Below are positions 55,701-64,000 of a stretch of DNA of 64,000 nt, piece after piece. The notes under the pieces are model-generated. The model was not told the DNA's origin, ran no database searches, and was given only the letters and a program-made list of their open reading frames with translations. Location of the stretch: the NCBI GenBank assembly GCA_001643675.2, contig LSRY02000074.1, forward strand, positions 47,511 to 111,510, in the 5' to 3' direction. This DNA comes from Monocercomonoides exilis PA203. Its lineage: Eukaryota > Protista > Preaxostyla. A program made the position numbers and the translations under genes. The first letter of the stretch is position 1. Each line of letters starts with the position of its first letter.

Positions 55701-56276
55701 TGTGAAGAGTCCGCTGTGCTTTGTGCCGGAGAGCGAGGAAGAGGCGGCAGCAGAACAGCAGCTGGCGCGGAACAAGTGTGTGGGCAACAGCACGAACAGC
55801 ACGAACAGCACAAATGGCACAAGCAGCAATGAAGCACAGGGCGCAGCAGGCAGCGGGGAGCAGGTGATGTGGCGTTTGTGCTGGTGCCGATTGTGTGCGG
55901 GGCGTGTGTGGTGGGGTGGCAGTGGTGTTTGGGGTGTGGTGGAGGCGGCGGGGGTGCAGATGGAGAGGCGGTATGCGAAGGCGGCGGATGGCGGGGTTCG
56001 TCGCTGGCAGCAGCACCGGCGCTGCTTGGGGCAGAACACCCGGGAGGCGAGAGGAAGGAGAAGGAGAAGGAAATGGAAGAGATGAGGGAAGAGGGAGCGA
56101 CAGAAGAAAAGCAGAGCAGAGGGGAAGGCGGGGTGGATTTGAGCTCTCCATGGGTTGGGAGCGGAAGCAGCAGGAGCAGACAGGGCATTGATGATGGAGG
56201 AGGAGGAGGAAGAGAAGAAGAAGAAGGAGGAGGAGGAGGAGGAGAAGAGGACTTTGGGGAAGAAAGAAAAGGGTGA
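52795..56276 (+). CDS. Secreted/membrane-anchored peptidase S41-like protein, probably catalytically inactive
   Basis: Signal peptide MYLALVWLAAAVQC; LSRLKDPHT, IGVLNVDSF, VVVDVRGNTG and VVSDGLCGGVC; Cys-rich segment and C-terminal hydrophobic stretch. Introns plus at least one apparent frameshift. Confidence 0.7.
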
Positions 56277-56627
56277 TTTGAAAGAGGGAAGAGGAGAGAA
56301 GGGAGAATTTCAGAAGTCGTGTTTTTCGCGCAAGCAGAGAAAGTGCTGTGCTTTGTCGAGTGGCGCCAGCAGGCGTTTCTCTGAACTGTCTTCATATTAG
56401 AATTTTGAGTTGCCTTCCATGCTTTGCTTTTGTTTTTAGCATTTGCAGAAATCCCATTTGATTTGAAGGCATTTTAGGAAAAGAAAACATAAAAATGCAG
56501 ATATTTCTTTTCTTTTCTTTTCATTTTTTTTCACTTTTTGTTTTGGCAGATGCCCTGCAACAAAAATACAAATGCAAAAATGCAAAAATAAAAAAATATA
56601 AACAGAATAAAAACACATTCGAAATGC

Positions 56628-59600
56628 TCACTTGCTTCGCTCCAACCCAACCATTCTGCCCACAACACTCAGATCTCCAGCACCCTGTGCATTGGCCAGC
56701 GGCAGTATCGACGACGAAGAAGGCGAAAGCGAAGGGGAAGAAAGCGTTTTGAGAAGACTGTGCGAGGGGTGCGGAGAAGCTGGCGCATCTGAATGAGCGG
56801 TGGAACCCGGCACACCTCGTCTGCAAGCAGGTGCAAGCTGCTTGGCCCCTTTCTTCCAGGTGTCTGCGATCCGGTTTGCTTCGTCTGCTTCGCCCGCTTC
56901 TGCCGATCAGCTGTGCCCAGAGCAGACACAGGACAAGCTGCCTTTCTATCTCCCATTCCTCTCACCCTGCTCTGCCCTTCTACTTCTCCTCCTCCTCTTT
57001 CTCCTCCTCTCTCTTCTCCAAATGCTCCCACTTCCAGAACGCGCTCTTCACCGCAGCCTGTCACGCACAGATGTTGCTCACCAAATGCACCTGCATCCGC
57101 AGCTGAGCCGCTTTTCTCCACCAGTGAAGCAAATGATGACTGCTGAAAGCTGCTCGAAGCATGCTCCCCTTTGGCGAATTGTTAGACGAGGCCAGACATC
57201 CAGCTCCTGCTTCCGCTCCAATTGCTTCGCCAGCGTTGTGCAACACAGCATCCACACCCTGCACCGTGTGCTGCATCAGTGGCAGAACACTCTCCGACTC
57301 GCCAGCCCCATCCCCACTCAGCCTGGCCAATCCGAGTCCTGCTCTCGCGCCCTCGCTCAAGCACCCTTCTCTCCCATCGCTTTCTTCCACAACAACCGAG
57401 TCTCCATCGTCTGCCTTGCTCCATTCTCTGTGCCCCAACGGCAATACCTCAGATCTTTCTCTCTCTCCTCCTCCTCTTCCAATCTCTCCTTCCTCTTTCC
57501 CCTCCTTTTCCTTCTTTCGCTCCAAAGTCCCCTCCTCCTTCCTCCTTCCACAACATCTCCATCCCATCCTCCACTTCTTCCACTGGAGTTGTGGCCGGCG
57601 CGCCTGGCCCAGTTGATGCTGCCAGCATGCTGCTCCCCAACCCTCCCCTTCTTCGCTGAGGCATCTGTGCTGTCTGTGTGCCGGAGCAGAAGCTCCCATC
57701 TCCCGACTCCTCCACTTGCACTTCCATTCTCCTGCGCCCATCCTTCCTGCCAGCAACAGGCCCATGCTGTGCTGATGAGATGTCGGGCAATAAATGCGGC
57801 GGTGCCTCAGCTTGCGCGTCATGCAATGGAGCACAAACCAAAGAACGCTCACCCACAGCAGCACCTGCGGAATTCAAGGCTGCCAAGCTGGAAGGCGTCG
57901 ACCATGGCAGTGCCGACCTGTTTCGGGGCAAGCCACGAAGCCACCGCAGCGGCCGGCCTCCTCCACCCAACCGTTCTCCCACCCCACCCATTGGCCTCTC
58001 CTTGCCATGCTCTGCATCCACCCCATCAATCGCCACACTCCCGCTTTCCTCCCACAGACCCGCATCCCCTGCGATTTCGGCCGCTTCCATGCTCTTTCTG
58101 CCTCTTTCCCTCTCTTCTGCTCTGCACCGCCCAGCCATTGTCTCTGCTGCATGCTTCCTCCAACAAATGCACTCTCTCCGCCGCAATGCAACTGCACTGT
58201 CCTGCCCTGCCGGATCTGGCCGTGCTGCCCCTCAAAACCCCACTCTCCCTCATCCTGCCCCAAACACCTCTCCACCTTTGGCCGCTTCCCTCCAGACTCA
58301 CCACATCCACCCAAACCACCCAAGCAGGCCTCCAGCTCCCGCCTTTTGCCTGCCTGGGCTTCTTCCTGATATCCTTCCTCAGACGACTTTCCAAACGGCA
58401 ATGGAAAGGGAGCAGCTGTCACTGCTGTCGATGCTCCTTCCTCTTTCCTCTCCTTTCTGTGCTCACACTTTCCTGCTTCAACAATTATGCTCTGCCTGTC
58501 TTTTCTCCATCCTCCTCCCCAACCATCTCCTTCTCCCACATTCACATCAATCTCCTCTTCATTCTCTTCTTCAATCTCTTCTTCTTTCTTTCTTCTGCTG
58601 GCTTTCTCTCTCCTCTCCTCCCTCAAAGCCTTCTCCCCTTCTTCCTCTCCCTTCCTTCTGCTCTCCCCTTTCCTCTCCCCTCGCACCTTCCCATCCCGCC
58701 CTCGCTGCTTTCCCAACAAAAAGTGGAACAATCCCCGAATAATCGCCGGAGACATTTCTGTCTGCATGCTGCTCAGCTTCCTGACATCCCCCTTTCCCCT
58801 GTCCGTCTTCGCCCTGCCCAGCTCCCTCTCCTCCACCACCGTCCCTGCCTTTTGCTCTTTCAACCCCCTCCTTTCAACCCCTCTTTCAGTTCTCCCTGAT
58901 CCACCCACTCCATCAATACCGCTCGGCAAGCCCTTCAACGCCCCAACACCCTGTTTCGCTGTCGGTGCAGGGCTCCACCCTGAGCACCCCAGTCTTGTGC
59001 TCCTCGGAGTGCTCAGCAACCGCACAGCAGGCACTGTGCTCCTCGGCTCGTCTTTCCCATTGCCAAACGGAGAAATGGTTGCTCCTTCTTGGACCCCGGA
59101 GCCTGACTCCTGCTGCTCCACTTCCCTGCTCCTCCCTTCCAGTCTCCTGCCTCTCCTTTCCCCTGCCCTTCAATCAGCCTGCCTCGCAACAAAAGCCCAA
59201 TTCCTTGCTGCTTTGCTTTTCCAAATGCCCTGCTTTCAATCCCAACCTCTTCAAACCTCTTCTTCTGCTTCTGCTTTTGCTTCTGTTTCTTCTTCCTCTT
59301 CTTCTCTTCCCCCTTTCTGCTCTCTGAGTGCCTCTCCTGATCCTTCTTTTCTCTCCCCACTCCATGCCCTGCTCCTTTTTCCTCTTCTTCCTCCTCCTCT
59401 TCCTCTTTCATTTCTCTCCTTCCTCCTCCTCCTCCTTCTCCTCTTCCATCTCCTCCTCCCTCTTCTCTTTCATCCACTTTTCCACCATCTCTTGCCAGCT
59501 CTCCCCTTTCCCCTGCTGTCTCCTCCATTTCCCCTTCCAATCCTTTCTTTTCTTCTCGTGCCACTCCTCCCATTCTGTTCTGTGCACCTCCAAATCTCCC

Positions 59601-61536
59601 CTTTCCACACGATCCTGTGCCACCACGCGTATTGCCCCACCTCTTTTCTGCGCTTCCCTTCCTTTCCTCTGCTTTCCCTTTTGATTCATATCCAACACCT
59701 GCCCCCTTCCTTCCTTTCCTCCTCTTTTCTCTGCTCCTGCTCCTGCTTCGGCTCCTGCTTCGGCTCCTGCTTCGGCCTTTGCTCCCATCTCTCTCCGCTC
59801 CTGCGCCTTCCAGCCTCTTCTCCCGCCTGCCTGCTCAGCGTCCATCCCTTTGCCACCTTCCCTTTCGGTGCCTGCTTCACGCACACACCCTGCCTCACCC
59901 TCGCCCAAACACATCCCGCCGTGCCAGAAATGGGTCGCGCAGGGCAAGTGCAGACGATGGCGGAAACAGCTCAAAAGAGTGCGAGAACAAAGATGAAAGA
60001 GAAGGCGACGTCGAAGGCGACGAAGATGGCGAAGAAGGCACCGAGTCCGCCAGCAGTGCTGGGTCCACCAAAGTGCCTCCCCTTCCACCATCCCACACGC
60101 CGCTCCACTCGCCTTCAGATGCCTCCTGCAGCGCTGATGACGTGCCTGCCAGAGACATTGATGAACCCCCAGGGATTATCCGAGGCAGACTGCTGCTGCC
60201 CCATCCTCTCGATTGCGGATGCTGCACAAACACTGCCTGTTGCTGCTCGCTCATCCCTTCTTCTTCTCCTCCTCCTCCTCCTTTGCTCCAATCAGCTGCG
60301 CCTGCGCCCTTCCCTTTCCCTGCCCCCACCATCACTTGCGCTTCGGCTGCTGCTCTCTCCAAGATGGCTGTATTCGATCGCTGCTTCGTGGTCCATCGGG
60401 CATTCGTCCCGCACCATCAGCCTCCGGTCAATGCACTCCGAGTGGAACACATGGCCGCACGCCAGCTGCCGCAGCGATGCCCCTTCCTTCCCGCTTCCTC
60501 TGCTTTCCCTCCCGCTCCCCCTTTCCCCAAGAGCGCCTGCCGGCACAGCATGCACTCGTCCCGCACCCCGCTTGGCAAAGCTCGCGTGTCTGACGACGGC
60601 GCCTGCGTCTCGTCCGACGGCGGCGGATGCACATAGTCAAACACCTTCGAAATCAGCTCTGCTGTCAGCGGAAATGCCCGCTCCGGCCCTGCCCCTCTCC
60701 CCTTCCCTTTCGCTGCCTCAATCACCCGCGCCTCGCCCTCTGCCCAGTCCCGGCACAAAAGCGTGTGCTGCCCGTGCGCCCCGCTTTTGAAGCACGGCAC
60801 ACACATCCCAAACCCCGGCACACACTGCACCTCAGCTCCGGCCCTTTGATCGGCGCCATCCCGCACACACTGCACCTCGTGTTTCCATGCACAAACGGCG
60901 ACGGCCCACCCCGCGCTGCCTTCTTCTCATACGGATCCCACGCTGCCCCGCAGTACGGGCAGCACACAGCAAGCCCTGCCCCTTTGTGGAAGCACTGCCA
61001 CAACAAAATGCACCCCCAATGGACACTCAGCCCGCACCCATACCGGCAGAAGCTCAGCCGCTGCCTCCGCTCAAGCCGCTGCTGGCACAGGATGCACACA
61101 GTCGTTTCGCTCAGCGCCTGCTGCTGCACCTCTCCCAATTCCTCCTTTTCTCCTCGCCCCAAACTGCCTACCGGCTGCATCTTCTGCGCCAAATACCCGT
61201 CCACCACCGCTGCCAGCTCGCCCTGTGAACCCCGCTGCCACGACAGGGGGTTGAAGCACGGCACCCGGCACAGCCGCGTGATGACAAATGAAAGGTGAAT
61301 GCAAAACTCCCTCTCCCCACCCTGCACGTGCACCGGTTCAGACACCCGAGCGTGGCGGTGTTTGCTTTCCCGGACGCGTCCCGCACCACAAAAGAAAATG
61401 GCGGAATCACACAGACCAGCGTGAGCCGAGAATGCTCAGCAAGCGCTTGAATCGTGCTCACTGCTTCGTCTTTCTCCCCGACCCACGCCGCCTCCCGCCG
61501 TTCCGCTGCGCACTCCTTCTGCCCTGCCTGCAGCAT
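56628..61536 (-). CDS. ZSWIM2-like E3 ubiquitin ligase (SWIM-RING-ZZ-RING) with long disordered tail
   Basis: SWIM CTC...FCIHLSFVI; RING CILC...CRYGCGLSVHWGC...CPYC; ZZ HGNTRCSVC...PIKG...RCSVC...CVPCF...H..H; RING CMLC...LACGHVFHSEC...CPMD. Needs three single-base frame corrections; 3' end approximate. Confidence 0.8.
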
Positions 61537-61967
61537 CCCTGATGCACTCTGTCCAAGATAAGCCCGCTTCAAATACTCCAGATATATTGTTATGGGCTCT
61601 CTTTTTCTTCTTCAATTTACAAACACACACTTATTTGCGCGCAAACAAGCATAATACGGATGTCTTAGAGCGTTCAAATTTGAATAATTATTTTATAATG
61701 TTATTTATATTATAGATATATTTTTTGTATTTAAAATTGCTGAAATGTTTTGGTGGTGTAATTTCTTTAAAAAATTTTATTGATTGAAAACAAATTTTTG
61801 AATTTTTATTGAAAACGTGACAGAATTGTTTTTAAAAGCTTAGAAAATATGAAAAAACATATTAAAATGATATTATTCAAATAAGAAAAATATCTAAGGC
61901 TCATATTCAAAAGCGCTTGCCCAATCTCCTGCTCCAAAATCTTCATCAGATTCAATATAGTTATCTT

Positions 61968-62006
61968 ATTAATCACATTTTCCATATTATGGAAAATGTG
62001 ATTAAT
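61968..62006. repeat. Perfect 19-bp-arm palindrome
   Basis: ATTAATCACATTTTCCATA-T-TATGGAAAATGTGATTAAT. Confidence 0.95.
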
Positions 62007-62007
62007 T

Positions 62008-62232
62008 AAAGTTCCTTTTGTTTAATTTTCAAATAGAATAAAAATTTCATATTTCAATCAATTTTCTTTTCCCAATCACTTGATTTCGATGTTATGAAAA
62101 CAATATTTCAACAATGTTTATATTTCCATTTTAGTTAAGTTTCGTGAGTGTGAACAGAAATGTGATAGAAAAATAAAATTTTAATTTGATTTGAAAATGA
62201 AACAAAGGAACTTTTCATAAAAATTTTGACAA
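62008..62232. repeat. Second copy of the foldback element at 19125-19397
   Basis: AAAGTTCCTTTTGTTTAATTTTCAAAT...ATTTCAATCAATTTTCT is shared with 19157-19215. The right arm ends GGAACTTTTCATAAAAATTTTGACA. Confidence 0.75.
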
Positions 62233-63199
62233 ATCAAAATAAAAGAATACTCAATTTTTAACTTTGTTATTTTTCAATTCTGTTTTTCCAAAAATTAACA
62301 ATAACTGATCTAAAAATGAAATGAGGGAATTCTGTTAAAAAATAAATAAATAAATATATGCAGGAAGAAGAAGATTGCATATCTAACCAAACTGACGAGT
62401 AAGAAATGTTAATAAGGTCAGTTATGAATAGCTATGAAGATGAAAAATGAAAACTTTTTTTTATCTTTATAAATAATTAATCTTCTTTTCCTTTTTGTTT
62501 TCATTTACATAAAGTGAAAGAATCGTATGAAATTATATATGACGATGCAGATGGCGAATATGACATGATCCCTCATGCCACGATTCAGGATACCAATAAA
62601 ATAGTAAAGGAAGCGTGGCTAGGAGAATTGTCGACAAAAGTTAAACGTGTTGACAATGACCATTCAGTCTTTGTCTCAGAAATGGAAGAAGGAACGAGCA
62701 GCGAAGAAGAAAGCGAAAATGAAAGCACAAAGAAGGAAGAGAGAAAAGGATTCATTTAAGAATGCGGACTCAAACGAAGAAAAGTGGAAGATGAAAGTGA
62801 AGAAGAAAAAGAAGAAGATAAAAAAATGAATAGTCGAAAATATTTGGATGATGATGATGTGGATTCGGAAATCACATGCCAAAAGATTTTTGTTTTATCA
62901 CGCATCACACGCAAATATTACGAAACTTGTTCATTTTTTCTGAGAAAAAAAAATATCAATTATCTCAAGGAATTCTTTGTTTTTTAAAAATGAAATGAAA
63001 AAAACTGAAGATTTAAAACAAAAGATGAATTTTTTTAAAAAAAAAGAAAGAAAATGAGACATAAAATTTTATCAACATATCAAAAGAACTGGAGGAACAA
63101 AACATATCACTCAGCAGAGTCAAAATGCGTCCTGCTTTTCTAGAAAGAGGTTTAAATGGGATTCAAATCGAAAAAATTCATCAATATATGGTGGAACCT

Positions 63200-64000
63200 C
63201 GTCACTATTCTTCATCGACTTTAAAAAGCACACACAGGAAATCAGAATTTATTTTACTTACGATGAAACTCTGTATTTCCGTCCATTTCCAATGAATGTC
63301 GAGTGCATAAGAGGATTTCTTCGTTTCGAAGGAATGGATTGTGAGTAATTTGTGGGTTCAATTGAGTGTATCGTAGTTCCTTCTCCAAAGAGGATTCAAA
63401 ATTAGATGTTTAAGAAGCCATTTGATCCAGATTTAAACTCAGAAATGAAAGCCATTGTGCAAGAAATGGGGATAGATGAATCTTTGAGACAAACTGGAGA
63501 AGGAAAAACAAAAGGATTCAATGCAGCTATCTGACGGTCATGATGAAGAGAATGAATATTCATTCAAATTGAATCTTTAAAGCTCCTTGTTTTGGAATTG
63601 AAGCATGTAAGATACAGTTTGTTTGACTATTCAAGAGTGTCAAACTTGTATGAAGAAACGAAACAAATAACATCTGAAGGTTGTGAAAAGATTTCTAGTC
63701 CAGCACTCACACCGATAGTTAATCGTGCTGTGAATGAATGAGATACAATGAGGAAGATCAAATCCTTGTCGGCTGAAGAACTTTATGTATTTAATGAGCT
63801 AAGTGCTATTTCCTACGAATCAACCCTCAAAAGACATGAATGGGTTCTAAAAGTTTATGAAGCATTTTGCGAAATTAAAGGAAATGAAGCTATTCCGTTG
63901 GACGATAAGAACGTCACTTCATTTTTGCGTTTCGACTACAGAAGCAGAATTTATACTCGAGATACGGTGGATAATGTTTTCGCATTAAGTTTGAAGCGTA
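63200..64000 (+). pseudogene. Decayed ORF with two tandem tyrosine-recombinase core-binding-like units; runs off the window end
   Basis: Unit 1: STLK..EIRIY...RPFPMNVECIRGFLRF...SIECIVVPSPKR. Unit 2: STLKRHEWVLKVYEAFC...AIPLDDKNVTSFLRF...TVDNVFALSLKR. Several in-frame stops. Confidence 0.45.

Noticed and set aside
36648-60790. Long Leu/Pro/Ser/Phe-rich ORFs (e.g. 36648-38495 -, 44903-46531 -, 56800-58899 +, 58487-60790 +)
   Set aside because: Antisense to purine-rich real genes; no motifs.

Overview
Eukaryotic, intron-containing protist DNA using the standard genetic code. Short GT-AG introns, GAA/GAG low-complexity tracts, multiple cathepsin-B-like genes and a beta-alpha fused transhydrogenase suggest an anaerobic metamonad, most like the oxymonad Monocercomonoides (inference only). 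Host genes at 1-16 kb: TMF1/Sgm1-like golgin, YhhN/TMEM86 protein, YAK1/DYRK kinase and NAD(P) transhydrogenase. Host genes at 35-61.5 kb: cathepsin B-like protease, DHHC palmitoyltransferase, a cathepsin-TIG-EGF-multi-TM fusion, an S41-like protein lacking its catalytic Ser, a ZSWIM2-like E3 ligase and two hypothetical genes. The main result is a DNA-transposon nest at about 18.1-34.5 kb that can be resolved to the base. An 11.5-kb Merlin/IS1595-type element (22361-33838; ~190-bp TIRs; 8-bp TSD AAAGAAAA) splits an older Merlin transposase and carries ~4.4 kb of a host Cys/Gly-repeat gene. Its own transposase is split by a 4.6-kb GGGTG...CACCC element (28166-32766; 4-bp TSD ATAT) that carries more fragments of the same host family. 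A decayed Mutator element and several MITE/foldback elements lie alongside. The window ends in a perfect hairpin followed by a decayed ORF with two tandem tyrosine-recombinase-like core-binding units.
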